From Escherichia coli (GTDB lineage: Bacteria; Pseudomonadota; Gammaproteobacteria; Enterobacterales; Enterobacteriaceae): DNA of 64,000 nucleotides. Below are positions 22,083-33,054 of this stretch, in pieces; positions within the stretch are counted from its first letter, which is position 1; each line of letters opens with the position of its first letter. The notes below the pieces were generated by a model, which was not told the origin of the DNA, did no database searches, and saw nothing but the letters and a program-made list of their open reading frames with translations. Location of the stretch: assembly GCF_002854065.1 (NCBI RefSeq), contig NZ_CP024147.1, one strand, 5' to 3'. Made by a program: the position numbers and the translations under genes.

Positions 22083-22447
22083 ATTGAACTCCATAATCAG
22101 GTAATGCCGCGGGTGATGGATGATGTCGTAATATTGGGCACTCCCTTTCAGTTGCTCAATTATGTTATTTCACACTGCTATTGAGATAATTCACAAGTGT
22201 GCGCTCGCTCGCAAAATAAAATGGAATGATGAAACTGGGTAATTCCTCGAAGATAAAAATGCAATAAGTACAATTGCGCAACAAAAGTAAGATCTCGGTC
22301 ATAAATCAAGAAATAAACCAAAAATCGTAATCGAAAGATAAAAATCTGTAATTGTTTTCCCCTGTTTAGTTGCTAAAAATTGGTTACGTTTATCGCGGTG
22401 ATTGTTACTTATTAAAGCTGTCCTCTAACTACAGAAGGCCCTACACC
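22083..22447. promoter_or_regulatory. Divergent xylAB / xylFGH promoter region (XylR and CRP control)
   Basis: Intergenic 365 bp between divergent xylA and xylF. Established regulatory architecture in E. coli. Individual operator coordinates were not resolved by eye. Confidence 0.6.
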
Positions 22448-23440
22448 ATGAAAATAAAGAACATTCTACTCACCCTTTGCACCTCACTCCTGCTTACCAA
22501 CGTTGCTGCACACGCCAAAGAAGTCAAAATAGGTATGGCGATTGATGATCTCCGTCTTGAACGCTGGCAAAAAGATCGAGATATCTTTGTGAAAAAGGCA
22601 GAATCTCTCGGCGCGAAAGTATTTGTACAGTCTGCAAATGGCAATGAAGAAACACAAATGTCGCAGATTGAAAACATGATAAACCGGGGTGTCGATGTTC
22701 TTGTCATTATTCCGTATAACGGTCAGGTATTAAGTAACGTTGTAAAAGAAGCCAAACAAGAAGGCATTAAAGTATTAGCTTACGACCGTATGATTAACGA
22801 TGCGGATATCGATTTTTATATTTCTTTCGATAACGAAAAAGTCGGTGAACTGCAGGCAAAAGCCCTGGTCGATATTGTTCCACAAGGTAATTACTTCCTG
22901 ATGGGCGGCTCGCCGGTAGATAACAACGCCAAGCTGTTCCGCGCCGGACAAATGAAAGTGTTAAAACCTTACGTTGATTCCGGAAAAATTAAAGTCGTTG
23001 GTGACCAATGGGTTGATGGCTGGTTACCGGAAAACGCATTGAAAATTATGGAAAACGCGCTAACCGCCAATAATAACAAAATTGATGCTGTAGTTGCCTC
23101 AAACGATGCCACCGCAGGTGGGGCAATTCAGGCATTAAGCGCGCAAGGTTTATCAGGGAAAGTAGCAATTTCTGGCCAGGATGCGGATCTCACAGGTATT
23201 AAACGTATTGCTGCCGGTACGCAAACTATGACGGTATATAAACCTATTACATTGCTGGCAAATACTGCCGCAGAAATTGCCGTTGAATTGGGCAATGGTC
23301 AGGAGCCAAAAGCAGATACCTCACTGAATAATGGCCTGAAAGATGTCCCCTCCCGCCTCCTGACACCGATCGATGTGAATAAAAACAACATCAAAGATAC
23401 GGTAATTAAAGACGGATTCCACAAAGAGAGCGAGCTGTAA
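22448..23440 (+). CDS. xylF: D-xylose ABC transporter periplasmic binding protein
   Basis: MKIKNILLTLCTSLLLTNVAAHA signal peptide, 330 aa. The track ORF is extended at the 5' end. Confidence 0.95.
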   Translation: MKIKNILLTLCTSLLLTNVAAHAKEVKIGMAIDDLRLERWQKDRDIFVKKAESLGAKVFVQSANGNEETQMSQIENMINRGVDVLVIIPYNGQVLSNVVKEAKQEGIKVLAYDRMINDADIDFYISFDNEKVGELQAKALVDIVPQGNYFLMGGSPVDNNAKLFRAGQMKVLKPYVDSGKIKVVGDQWVDGWLPENALKIMENALTANNNKIDAVVASNDATAGGAIQALSAQGLSGKVAISGQDADLTGIKRIAAGTQTMTVYKPITLLANTAAEIAVELGNGQEPKADTSLNNGLKDVPSRLLTPIDVNKNNIKDTVIKDGFHKESEL

Positions 23441-23517
23441 GCGTTACGCCCCAGCGCGGAGCGGGGGCGTGATTTCTCTCCATGCCGCGTGAATGAATTG
23501 GCTTAGGTGGAGTCGTT

Positions 23518-25059
23518 ATGCCTTATCTACTTGAAATGAAGAACATTACCAAAACCTTCGGCAGTGTGAAGGCGATTGATAACGTCAGCTTGCGGTTGAA
23601 TGCTGGCGAAATCGTCTCACTCTGTGGGGAAAATGGGTCTGGTAAATCAACTCTGATGAAAGTGCTGTGTGGTATTTATCCCCATGGCTCCTACGAAGGC
23701 GAAATTATTTTTGCGGGAGAAGAGATTCAGGCGAGTCACATCCGCGATACCGAACGCAAAGGTATCGCCATCATTCACCAGGAATTGGCCCTGGTGAAAG
23801 AATTGACCGTGCTGGAAAATATCTTCCTGGGTAACGAAATAACCCACAATGGCATTATGGATTATGACCTGATGACGCTACGCTGTCAGAAGCTGCTCGC
23901 ACAGGTCAGTTTATCCATTTCACCTGATACCCGCGTTGGCGATTTAGGGCTTGGGCAACAACAACTGGTTGAAATTGCCAAGGCACTTAATAAACAGGTG
24001 CGCTTGTTAATTCTCGATGAACCGACAGCCTCATTAACTGAGCAGGAAACGTCGGTTTTACTGGATATTATTCGCGATCTACAACAGCACGGTATCGCCT
24101 GTATTTATATTTCGCACAAACTCAACGAAGTCAAAGCGATTTCCGATACGATTTGCGTTATTCGCGACGGACAGCACATTGGTACGCGTGATGCTGCCGG
24201 AATGAGTGAAGACGATATTATCACCATGATGGTCGGGCGAGAGTTAACCGCGCTTTACCCTAATGAACCACATACCACCGGAGATGAAATATTACGTATT
24301 GAACATCTGACGGCATGGCATCCGGTTAATCGTCATATTAAACGAGTTAATGATGTCTCGTTTTCCCTGAAACGTGGCGAAATACTGGGTATTGCCGGAC
24401 TCGTTGGTGCCGGACGTACCGAGACCATTCAGTGCCTGTTTGGTGTGTGGCCCGGACAATGGGAAGGAAAAATTTATATTGATGGCAAACAGGTAGATAT
24501 TCGTAACTGTCAGCAAGCCATCGCCCAGGGGATTGCGATGGTCCCCGAAGACAGAAAGCGCGACGGCATCGTTCCGGTAATGGCGGTTGGTAAAAATATT
24601 ACCCTCGCCGCACTCAATAAATTTACCGGTGGCATTAGCCAGCTTGATGACGCGGCAGAGCAAAAATGTATTCTGGAATCAATCCAGCAACTCAAAGTTA
24701 AAACGTCGTCCCCCGACCTTGCTATTGGACGTTTGAGCGGCGGCAATCAGCAAAAAGCGATCCTCGCTCGCTGTCTGTTACTTAACCCGCGCATTCTCAT
24801 TCTTGATGAACCCACCAGGGGTATCGATATTGGCGCGAAATACGAGATCTACAAATTAATTAACCAACTCGTCCAGCAGGGTATTGCCGTTATTGTCATC
24901 TCTTCCGAATTACCTGAAGTGCTCGGCCTTAGCGATCGTGTACTGGTGATGCATGAAGGGAAACTAAAAGCCAACCTGATAAATCATAACCTGACTCAGG
25001 AGCAGGTGATGGAAGCCGCATTGAGGAGCGAACATCATGTCGAAAAGCAATCCGTCTGA
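23518..25059 (+). CDS. xylG: D-xylose ABC transporter ATP-binding protein (tandem ABC domains)
   Basis: 513 aa. Two Walker A motifs ([18 protein letters not shown]). Confidence 0.95.
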   Translation: MPYLLEMKNITKTFGSVKAIDNVSLRLNAGEIVSLCGENGSGKSTLMKVLCGIYPHGSYEGEIIFAGEEIQASHIRDTERKGIAIIHQELALVKELTVLENIFLGNEITHNGIMDYDLMTLRCQKLLAQVSLSISPDTRVGDLGLGQQQLVEIAKALNKQVRLLILDEPTASLTEQETSVLLDIIRDLQQHGIACIYISHKLNEVKAISDTICVIRDGQHIGTRDAAGMSEDDIITMMVGRELTALYPNEPHTTGDEILRIEHLTAWHPVNRHIKRVNDVSFSLKRGEILGIAGLVGAGRTETIQCLFGVWPGQWEGKIYIDGKQVDIRNCQQAIAQGIAMVPEDRKRDGIVPVMAVGKNITLAALNKFTGGISQLDDAAEQKCILESIQQLKVKTSSPDLAIGRLSGGNQQKAILARCLLLNPRILILDEPTRGIDIGAKYEIYKLINQLVQQGIAVIVISSELPEVLGLSDRVLVMHEGKLKANLINHNLTQEQVMEAALRSEHHVEKQSV

Positions 25060-26218
25060 AGTGAAATTGGCCGTACCGACATCCGGTGGCTTCTCCGGGC
25101 TGAAATCACTGAATTTGCAGGTCTTCGTGATGATTGCAGCTATCATCGCAATCATGCTGTTCTTTACCTGGACCACCGATGGTGCCTACTTAAGCGCCCG
25201 TAACATCTCCAACCTGTTACGCCAGACCGCGATTACCGGCATCCTCGCGGTAGGAATGGTGTTCGTCATAATTTCTGCTGAAATCGACCTTTCCGTCGGC
25301 TCAATGATGGGGCTGTTAGGTGGCGTCGCGGCGATTTGTGACGTCTGGCTAGGCTGGCCTTTACCACTTACCATCATTGTGACGCTGGTTCTGGGACTGC
25401 TTCTCGGTGCCTGGAACGGATGGTGGGTCGCGTACCGCAAAGTCCCTTCATTTATTGTCACTCTCGCGGGCATGTTGGCATTTCGCGGCATACTCATTGG
25501 CATCACCAACGGCACAACTGTATCCCCCACCAGCGCCGCGATGTCACAAATTGGGCAAAGCTATCTCCCCGCCAGCACCGGCTTCATCATTGGCGCGCTT
25601 GGCTTAATGGCTTTTGTTGGCTGGCAATGGCGCGGAAGAATGCGCCGTCAGGCTTTGGGTTTGCAGTCTCCGGCCTCTACCGCAGTAGTCGGTCGCCAGG
25701 CTTTAACCGCTATCATCGTATTAGGCGCAATCTGGCTGTTGAATGATTACCGTGGCGTTCCCACTCCTGTTCTGCTGCTGACGTTGCTGTTACTCGGCGG
25801 AATGTTTATGGCAACGCGGACAGCATTTGGACGACGCATTTATGCCATCGGCGGCAATCTGGAAGCAGCACGTCTCTCCGGGATTAACGTTGAACGCACC
25901 AAACTTGCCGTGTTCGCTATTAACGGATTAATGGTAGCCATCGCCGGATTAATCCTCAGTTCTCGACTTGGCGCTGGTTCACCTTCTGCGGGGAATATCG
26001 CCGAGCTGGACGCAATTGCAGCATGCGTGATTGGCGGCACCAGTCTGGCAGGCGGCGTCGGGAGCGTGGCTGGAACGGTAATGGGGGCATTCATCATGGC
26101 TTCACTGGATAACGGTATGAGTATGATGGATGTACCGACCTTCTGGCAGTATATCGTTAAAGGTGCGATTCTGTTGCTGGCAGTATGGATGGACTCCGCA
26201 ACCAAACGCCGTTCTTGA
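25037..26218 (+). CDS. xylH: D-xylose ABC transporter permease
   Basis: 393 aa polytopic. Start overlaps the xylG end. Confidence 0.95.
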   Translation: MSKSNPSEVKLAVPTSGGFSGLKSLNLQVFVMIAAIIAIMLFFTWTTDGAYLSARNISNLLRQTAITGILAVGMVFVIISAEIDLSVGSMMGLLGGVAAICDVWLGWPLPLTIIVTLVLGLLLGAWNGWWVAYRKVPSFIVTLAGMLAFRGILIGITNGTTVSPTSAAMSQIGQSYLPASTGFIIGALGLMAFVGWQWRGRMRRQALGLQSPASTAVVGRQALTAIIVLGAIWLLNDYRGVPTPVLLLTLLLLGGMFMATRTAFGRRIYAIGGNLEAARLSGINVERTKLAVFAINGLMVAIAGLILSSRLGAGSPSAGNIAELDAIAACVIGGTSLAGGVGSVAGTVMGAFIMASLDNGMSMMDVPTFWQYIVKGAILLLAVWMDSATKRRS

Positions 26219-26295
26219 TTTTGATAAAAATTTTCTCAAAGCCGGTAACGTATTACCGGTTTTGAGTTTTTGCATGATTCAGCAGGAAAAGAACC

Positions 26296-27474
26296 ATGTT
26301 TACTAAACGTCACCGCATCACGTTACTGTTCAATGCCAATAAAGCCTATGACCGGCAGGTAGTAGAAGGCGTAGGGGAATATTTACAGGCGTCACAATCG
26401 GAATGGGATATTTTCATTGAAGAAGATTTCCGCGCCCGCATTGATAAAATCAAGGACTGGTTAGGAGATGGCGTCATTGCCGACTTCGACGACAAACAGA
26501 TCGAGCAAGCGCTGGCTGATGTCGACGTCCCCATTGTTGGGGTTGGCGGCTCGTATCACCTTGCAGAAAGTTACCCACCCGTTCATTACATTGCCACCGA
26601 TAACTATGCGCTGGTTGAAAGCGCATTTTTGCATTTAAAAGAGAAAGGCATTAACCGCTTTGCTTTTTATGGTCTTCCGGAATCAAGCGGCAAACGTTGG
26701 GCCACTGAACGCGAATATGCATTTCGTCAGCTTGTCGCCGAAGAAAAGTATCGCGGAGTGGTTTATCAGGGGTTAGAAACCGCACCAGAGAACTGGCAAC
26801 ACGCGCAAAATCGGCTGGCAGACTGGCTACAAACGCTGCCACCGCAAACCGGGATTATTGCCGTTACTGACGCCCGGGCGCGGCATATTCTGCAAGTATG
26901 TGAACATCTACACATTCCCGTACCGGAAAAATTATGCGTGATTGGCATCGATAACGAAGAACTGACCCGCTATCTGTCGCGTGTCGCCCTTTCTTCGGTC
27001 GCTCAGGGCGCGCGGCAAATGGGCTATCAGGCGGCAAAACTGTTGCATCGATTATTAGATAAAGAAGAAATGCCGCTACAGCGGATTTTGGTCCCTCCAG
27101 TTCGCGTCATTGAACGGCGCTCAACAGATTACCGTTCGCTGACCGATCCCGCCGTTATTCAGGCCATGCATTACATTCGTAATCACGCCTGTAAAGGGAT
27201 TAAAGTGGATCAGGTACTCGATGCGGTCGGGATCTCGCGCTCCAATCTTGAGAAGCGTTTTAAAGAAGAGGTGGGTGAAACCATCCATGCCATGATTCAT
27301 GCCGAGAAGCTGGAGAAAGCGCGCAGTCTGCTGATTTCAACCACCTTGTCGATCAATGAGATATCGCAAATGTGCGGTTATCCATCGCTGCAATATTTCT
27401 ACTCTGTTTTTAAAAAAGCATATGACACGACGCCAAAAGAGTATCGCGATGTAAATAGCGAGGTCATGTTGTAG
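26296..27474 (+). CDS. xylR: Xylose operon activator XylR (periplasmic-binding-like domain plus AraC HTH)
   Basis: 392 aa. C-terminal AraC-type HTH. Confidence 0.95.
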   Translation: MFTKRHRITLLFNANKAYDRQVVEGVGEYLQASQSEWDIFIEEDFRARIDKIKDWLGDGVIADFDDKQIEQALADVDVPIVGVGGSYHLAESYPPVHYIATDNYALVESAFLHLKEKGINRFAFYGLPESSGKRWATEREYAFRQLVAEEKYRGVVYQGLETAPENWQHAQNRLADWLQTLPPQTGIIAVTDARARHILQVCEHLHIPVPEKLCVIGIDNEELTRYLSRVALSSVAQGARQMGYQAAKLLHRLLDKEEMPLQRILVPPVRVIERRSTDYRSLTDPAVIQAMHYIRNHACKGIKVDQVLDAVGISRSNLEKRFKEEVGETIHAMIHAEKLEKARSLLISTTLSINEISQMCGYPSLQYFYSVFKKAYDTTPKEYRDVNSEVML

Positions 27475-27490
27475 CGATGATGAGAATTGT

Positions 27491-27578
27491 CGGCGTCGCA
27501 TCAGGTAACTCAGCACAACCACCTGATGCGATCAAAAGCCTTATCCGACCGACAATTCGGATAAGGCTCGAGGAAATA
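27491..27578. repeat. REP/BIME element between convergent xylR and bax
   Basis: Imperfect palindromes CGGCGTCGCATCAGG...CCTGATGCGATC and GCCTTATCCGACC...GGATAAGGC, typical REP units. Confidence 0.7.
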
Positions 27579-27581
27579 CAA

Positions 27582-28406
27582 TTACATATGCGCCGCGATT
27601 AACCGTTGGTTATCCTGGTACATTGCGAACAGGTAGTTGTTATAACTCTTCCCTTTGGTCGAGTAGCCCTTCAGCTTGTGAATCATCGCTGTGGCAGTCA
27701 CTTCCTGATCCGCTTTACGCAGCTGTGCACGCGATTTACGGAACGAAGAGTAAGCCGGATGCGTATTGAGGTTAGTGACATAGGCGCTCACCGATTCTTT
27801 GACAGAACTAAACTGTGAGTACCCTTTCACTTTACCTGGCGCATTGGTACAACGTCCTTTCATGCATTTCATGCCGAACAGGTTGTTGTTGTTGCGCGCC
27901 AACTTCGACGTTCCCCAACCGCTTTCTGCTGCAGCCATCGTCGCCACCATACTGGTGGGGATAATGTCTACGCGTTCAAGCAAGGTATTCCACGGGATTT
28001 TTCGCGTATTACCAGACCACTTCACCTTGTAGCGTTTGGCGATGTCTTTCAGACGCGCACGCTCAGCAGGTGACCATTGGCCCTGATACTGTTTTGAAAT
28101 CAGCCAGTTACGTTCTGCAGTAATGGCTGCATTTTGGCTGGTAATGTAAGGCATTACGGTCCGGAGAAACGCCTTTTTCCTTGGTGTTCCGGAAGGGTAT
28201 TTTCGCAAATCAGGAAGTGAACTACTCTTTGCACTATTGCGAGAATACTCTTGTTTACTGCTTACCTGTTTATTACTAGCTTTAGTTAAGTGGGACTTTT
28301 GACTCGCTGTTGTTGTGTGCGTCTTCGCTAACACCTCACTCGAAAACACCAGAGTGAGTAACATAAGAATCATCGCCCCATATCGTCGTATGGGAGTCAA
28401 AATCAT
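27582..28406 (-). CDS. bax: Bax protein (putative glucosaminidase-domain protein)
   Basis: 274 aa. Synteny between xylR and malS. Confidence 0.85.
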   Translation of the reverse strand: MILTPIRRYGAMILMLLTLVFSSEVLAKTHTTTASQKSHLTKASNKQVSSKQEYSRNSAKSSSLPDLRKYPSGTPRKKAFLRTVMPYITSQNAAITAERNWLISKQYQGQWSPAERARLKDIAKRYKVKWSGNTRKIPWNTLLERVDIIPTSMVATMAAAESGWGTSKLARNNNNLFGMKCMKGRCTNAPGKVKGYSQFSSVKESVSAYVTNLNTHPAYSSFRKSRAQLRKADQEVTATAMIHKLKGYSTKGKSYNNYLFAMYQDNQRLIAAHM

Positions 28407-28725
28407 CAGGTCTCCTGGTCGGATTTAATCATTCCAACACCTTATATTTTTCACAAATTTGAGAGTTGAATCTCAAATCATATCAAAAATAGCTGTCAAG
28501 AGCACCCCAAGGAATAGTCCAAATCTGAAACTATGTCACGTGTTAACGATTCAGATTGGCGCTAAATCGCAGAAAATGTGGGGTTTATCGCAAAATTCAG
28601 CCGTTTTTTGCGCGAGATCGCTCACCCTTGCTTCTCATCCTGTGGACTTACCGCTCAGGGATGAGTTTTGTTTGGCTTATCGCTGGCAAACTGTCTGAAA
28701 TCGCAGCAATAAGGACTCATCCGCC
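28407..28725. promoter_or_regulatory. bax/malS divergent promoter region. The malS promoter has MalT-box-like GGATGAGAAG (rc at ~28621..28640).
   Basis: Position upstream of malS. The MalT box resemblance is approximate. Confidence 0.35.
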
Positions 28726-30756
28726 ATGAAACTCGCCGCCTGTTTTCTGACACTCCTTCCTGGCTTCGCCGTTGCCGCCAGCTGGACTTCTCCGGGGTTC
28801 CCTGCCTTTAGTGAACAGGGAACGGGAACATTTGTCAGCCACGCGCAGTTGCCCAAAGGTACGCGTCCACTAACGCTAAATTTTGACCAACAGTGCTGGC
28901 AGCCTGCGGATGCGATAAAACTCAATCAGATGCTTTCCCTGCAACCTTGTAGCAACACGCCGCCTCAATGGCGATTGTTCAGGGACGGCGAATATACGCT
29001 GCAAATAGACACCCGCTCCGGTACGCCAACATTGATGATTTCCATCCAGAACGCCGCCGAACCGGTAGCAAGCCAGGTCCGTGTATGCCCGAAATGGGAT
29101 GGATTACCGCTCACGCTGGATGTCAGCGCCACTTTTCCGGAAGGAGCCGCCGTACGGGATTATTACAGCCAGCAAATTGCGATAGTGAAGAACGGTCAAA
29201 TAACGTTACAACCCGCTGCCACCAGCAACGGTTTACTCCTGCTGGAACGGGCAGAAACTGACACATCCGCCCCTTTCGACTGGCATAACGCCACGGTTTA
29301 CTTTGTGCTGACAGATCGTTTCGAAAACGGCGATCCCAGTAATGACCAGAGTTACGGACGTCATAAAGACGGTATGGCGGAAATTGGCACTTTTCACGGC
29401 GGCGATTTACGCGGCCTGACCAACAAACTGGATTATCTCCAGCAGCTGGGCGTCAATGCTTTGTGGATAAGCGCCCCATTTGAGCAAATTCACGGCTGGG
29501 TCGGCGGCGGTACAAAAGGTGATTTCCCGCATTATGCCTACCACGGTTATTACACACAGGACTGGACGAATCTTGATGCCAATATGGGCAGCGAAGCCGA
29601 TCTACGGACGCTGGTTGATAGCGCGCATCAGCGCGGTATTCGTATTCTCTTTGATGTCGTGATGAACCACACTGGCTATGCCACGCTGGCGGATATGCAG
29701 GAGTATCAGTTTGGCGCGTTATATCTTTCTGGTGACGAGCTGAAAAAAACGCTGGGTGAACGCTGGAGTGACTGGAAACCTGCCGCCGGGCAAACCTGGC
29801 ATAGCTTTAACGATTACATTAATTTCAGCGACAAAACAGGCTGGGATAAATGGTGGGGAAAAAACTGGATCAGAACGGATATCGGCGATTACGACAATCC
29901 TGGATTTGACGATCTCACTATGTCGCTGGCCTTTTTGCCGGATATCAAAACCGAATCAACGACCGCTTCTGGTCTGCCGGTGTTCTATAAAAACAAAACG
30001 GATACCCACGCTAAAGTCATCGACGGCTTTACCCCTCGCGATTACTTAACCCACTGGTTAAGTCAGTGGGTCCGCGACTATGGGATTGATGGTTTTCGGG
30101 TCGATACCGCCAAACATGTTGAGTTGCCCGCCTGGCAGCAACTGAAAACCGAAGCCAGCGCCGCGCTTCGCGAATGGAAAAAAGCTAACCCCGACAAAGC
30201 ATTAGATGACAAACCTTTCTGGATGACCGGTGAAGCCTGGGGCCACGGCGTGATGCAAAGTGACTACTATCGCCACGGCTTCGATGCGATGATCAATTTC
30301 GATTATCAGGAGCAGGCGGCGAAAGCAGTCGATTGTCTGGCGCAGATGGATACGACCTGGCAGCAAATGGCGGAGAAATTGCAGGGTTTCAACGTGTTGA
30401 GCTACCTCTCGTCGCATGATACCCGCCTGTTCCGTGAAGGGGGCGACAAAGCAGCAGAGTTATTACTATTAGCGCCAGGCGCGGTACAAATCTTTTATGG
30501 TGATGAATCCTCGCGTCCGTTCGGTCCTACAGGTTCTGATCCGCTGCAAGGTACACGTTCGGATATGAACTGGCAGGATGTTAGCGGTAAATCTGCCACC
30601 AGCGTCGCGCACTGGCAGAAAATCAGCCAGTTCCGCGCCCGTCATCCCGCAATTGGCGCGGGCAAACAAACGACACTTTCGCTGAAGCAGGGCTACGGCT
30701 TTGTTCGTGAGCATGGCGACGATAAAGTGCTGGTCATCTGGGCTGGGCAACAGTGA
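28726..30756 (+). CDS. malS: Periplasmic alpha-amylase
   Basis: 676 aa, signal peptide, GH13 motifs (GFRVDTAKH, FDVVMNH). Confidence 0.95.
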   Translation: MKLAACFLTLLPGFAVAASWTSPGFPAFSEQGTGTFVSHAQLPKGTRPLTLNFDQQCWQPADAIKLNQMLSLQPCSNTPPQWRLFRDGEYTLQIDTRSGTPTLMISIQNAAEPVASQVRVCPKWDGLPLTLDVSATFPEGAAVRDYYSQQIAIVKNGQITLQPAATSNGLLLLERAETDTSAPFDWHNATVYFVLTDRFENGDPSNDQSYGRHKDGMAEIGTFHGGDLRGLTNKLDYLQQLGVNALWISAPFEQIHGWVGGGTKGDFPHYAYHGYYTQDWTNLDANMGSEADLRTLVDSAHQRGIRILFDVVMNHTGYATLADMQEYQFGALYLSGDELKKTLGERWSDWKPAAGQTWHSFNDYINFSDKTGWDKWWGKNWIRTDIGDYDNPGFDDLTMSLAFLPDIKTESTTASGLPVFYKNKTDTHAKVIDGFTPRDYLTHWLSQWVRDYGIDGFRVDTAKHVELPAWQQLKTEASAALREWKKANPDKALDDKPFWMTGEAWGHGVMQSDYYRHGFDAMINFDYQEQAAKAVDCLAQMDTTWQQMAEKLQGFNVLSYLSSHDTRLFREGGDKAAELLLLAPGAVQIFYGDESSRPFGPTGSDPLQGTRSDMNWQDVSGKSATSVAHWQKISQFRARHPAIGAGKQTTLSLKQGYGFVREHGDDKVLVIWAGQQ

Positions 30757-30771
30757 CTTTTCCGGCTTCCC

Positions 30772-30800
30772 GTTCGTCAGTACCTCGGGAAGCCGCCAAC
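30772..30800 (+). terminator. Hairpin after malS (CTTCCCG...CGGGAAG)
   Basis: 7-bp inverted repeat 3' of the malS stop. No strong T-run. Confidence 0.35.
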
Positions 30801-30933
30801 CAGGATAAAATGTCAGCCCTAATCAGCGTTGCAGGATAAAGCACCACTCACTCTTCAACAGACCGATTTGCACCCCAGCAAATGTAGCGTTATTGTTACC
30901 TTCCTTGCTACAGAGTTCGACAGATATCCCGCT

Positions 30934-32187
30934 ATGACATTCTCCCTTTTTGGTGACAAATTTACCCGCCACTCCGGCATTACGCTGCTGATGGAAGATC
31001 TGAACGACGGTTTACGCACGCCTGGCGCGATTATGCTCGGCGGCGGTAATCCGGCGCAGATCCCGGAAATGCAGGACTACTTCCAGACGCTACTGACCGA
31101 CATGCTGGAAAGTGGCAAAGCGACTGATGCACTGTGCAATTACGACGGTCCACAGGGGAAAACGGAGCTACTCACACTGCTTGCCGGAATGCTGCACGAG
31201 AAGTTGGGTTGGGATATCGAACCACAGAATATTGCACTAACAAACGGCAGCCAGAGCGCGTTTTTCTACTTATTTAATCTATTTGCCGGACGCCGTGCCG
31301 ATGGTCGGGTCAAAAAAGTGCTGTTCCCGCTGGCACCGGAATACATTGGCTACGCTGACGCCGGACTGGAAGAAGATCTGTTTGTCTCTGCGCGTCCGAA
31401 TATTGAACTGCTGCCTGAAGGCCAGTTTAAATACCACGTCGATTTTGAGCATCTGCATATTGGCGAAGAAACCGGGATGATTTGCGTCTCCCGGCCGACG
31501 AATCCAACAGGCAATGTGATTACTGACGAAGAGTTGCTGAAGCTTGACGCGCTGGCGAATCAACACGGCATTCCGCTGGTGATTGATAACGCTTATGGCG
31601 TCCCGTTCCCGGGTATCATCTTCAGTGAAGCGCGCCCGCTATGGAATCCGAATATCGTGCTGTGCATGAGTCTTTCCAAGCTGGGTCTACCTGGCTCCCG
31701 CTGCGGCATTATCATCGCCAATGAAAAAATCATCACCGCCATCACCAATATGAACGGCATTATCAGCCTGGCACCTGGCGGTATTGGTCCGGCGATGATG
31801 TGTGAAATGATTAAGCGTAACGATCTGCTGCGCCTGTCTGAAACAGTCATCAAACCGTTTTACTACCAGCGTGTTCAGGAAACTATCGCCATCATTCGCC
31901 GCTATTTACCGGAAGATCGCTGCCTGATTCATAAACCGGAAGGAGCCATTTTCCTCTGGCTATGGTTTAAGGATTTGCCCATTACGACCGAGCAGCTCTA
32001 TCAGCGCCTGAAAGCACGCGGCGTGCTGATGGTGCCGGGGCACAACTTCTTCCCAGGGCTGGATAAACCGTGGCCGCATACGCATCAATGTATGCGCATG
32101 AACTACGTACCAGAGCCGGAGAAAATTGAGGCGGGGGTGAAGATTCTGGCGGAAGAGATAGAAAGAGCCTGGGCTGAAAGTCACTAA
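30934..32187 (+). CDS. avtA: Valine-pyruvate aminotransferase
   Basis: MTFSLFGDKFTRHSGITLLMEDL..., 417 aa. The track ORF begins at an upstream in-frame TTG. Confidence 0.93.
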   Translation: MTFSLFGDKFTRHSGITLLMEDLNDGLRTPGAIMLGGGNPAQIPEMQDYFQTLLTDMLESGKATDALCNYDGPQGKTELLTLLAGMLHEKLGWDIEPQNIALTNGSQSAFFYLFNLFAGRRADGRVKKVLFPLAPEYIGYADAGLEEDLFVSARPNIELLPEGQFKYHVDFEHLHIGEETGMICVSRPTNPTGNVITDEELLKLDALANQHGIPLVIDNAYGVPFPGIIFSEARPLWNPNIVLCMSLSKLGLPGSRCGIIIANEKIITAITNMNGIISLAPGGIGPAMMCEMIKRNDLLRLSETVIKPFYYQRVQETIAIIRRYLPEDRCLIHKPEGAIFLWLWFKDLPITTEQLYQRLKARGVLMVPGHNFFPGLDKPWPHTHQCMRMNYVPEPEKIEAGVKILAEEIERAWAESH

Positions 32188-32190
32188 AAA

Positions 32191-32290
32191 TTGCCTGATG
32201 CGCTACGCTTATCAGGCCTACATGAGTTCTGCAATATATTGAATTTGGAAGAATTTGTAGGCCGGATAAGGCGTTTACGCCGCATCTGGC
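32191..32290. repeat. REP/BIME pair (TTGCCTGATGCGCTACGCTTATCAGGCCTAC ... GTAGGCCGGATAAGGCGTTTACGCCGCATCTGGC)
   Basis: The same REP family recurs at 53821..53940 and 63140..63240. Confidence 0.8.
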
Positions 32291-32337
32291 ATAAACAAAG
32301 CGCACTATTCCGGCGTTTAGAAACGCTGGAAAACGTT

Positions 32338-32817
32338 TCAAACAGGCTGCTGCCGTAGCCGATGCCGCTGCACTTTCTCGACATCCATGCACTGCAACGC
32401 CTTTGTCGGGCAGGCTTCAACACAGGCCGGTCCCGTCGCCCGATGCCAGCACAGATCGCACTTAATCGCCCTCGCCTTTTTGCGCGAAGAAACGACCTCC
32501 ATCGCACCAAACGGGCAAGCCAGCATACAGCTTTTACAGCCAATGCAACGTGTTTGTTCAACGAAAATATGCCCATGTTCGCGGCTTATCGCGTCAACAG
32601 GGCAGACATTCGCGCACGGTGCATCTTCACACTGATGACAGGCTACTGCCGTGGTCCAGCTGTGGTCTTTAATGACACGAATACGGGAAATAAACTCGTC
32701 TGGTGACAACGCAGCGCAATCCTGATTCTCCTGATGCGACACTGCGCAAGCCACTTCACAGGTACGGCAACCGATACATTTCGTCGCATCCGCAATAATA
32801 AACCGGTTCATGATCAC
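32338..32817 (-). CDS. ysaA: 4Fe-4S ferredoxin-type protein YsaA (HycB/HydN-like)
   Basis: Multiple CxxCxxCxxxCP motifs, ~157 aa. Confidence 0.88.
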   Translation of the reverse strand: MIMNRFIIADATKCIGCRTCEVACAVSHQENQDCAALSPDEFISRIRVIKDHSWTTAVACHQCEDAPCANVCPVDAISREHGHIFVEQTRCIGCKSCMLACPFGAMEVVSSRKKARAIKCDLCWHRATGPACVEACPTKALQCMDVEKVQRHRLRQQPV

Positions 32818-32912
32818 TCCTTTGCACTAAAACAGCAGAGTGCCAGAGAGCGCGTCCCTACTGCTTTGATCCAACGAAGGAAATGTTAAAGTTTTGGCAC
32901 TTGTCCAAAGCG

Positions 32913-33054
32913 TTATGTGATCGCGCCCAGGTCATCCCTGACAGTAAATCCCAGTTCATTAGAAATAGCCTGCGCGGTTTCACGCAGTGGTTTCAGGAGA
33001 TTTTTCTCCCCCACCTGTTTCAGACGTGATGTCGAAAGCGAAATCGACACGGCA
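32913..33054 (-). pseudogene. yiaJ: 3'-terminal remnant (~46 codons) of an IclR-family regulator gene (yiaJ-like), truncated by the inserted AraC–GPH–GH127 cassette
   Basis: Minus-strand translation gives ...VSISLSTSRLKQVGEKNLLKPLRETAQAISNELGFTVRDDLGAIT* (stop at 32913..32915). It resembles the C-terminal effector domain end of IclR proteins. In K-12, yiaJ occupies this position. Confidence 0.5.

Noticed and set aside
28459-28698. 79-aa ORF in the bax–malS intergenic region
   Set aside because: It lies in the known malS promoter region. No SD. A short, unconserved-looking peptide.
30829-30933. 5' extension of the avtA ORF from an upstream TTG
   Set aside because: Conserved AvtA begins MTFSLFGDKF at 30934. 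The upstream extension is not part of the known protein.
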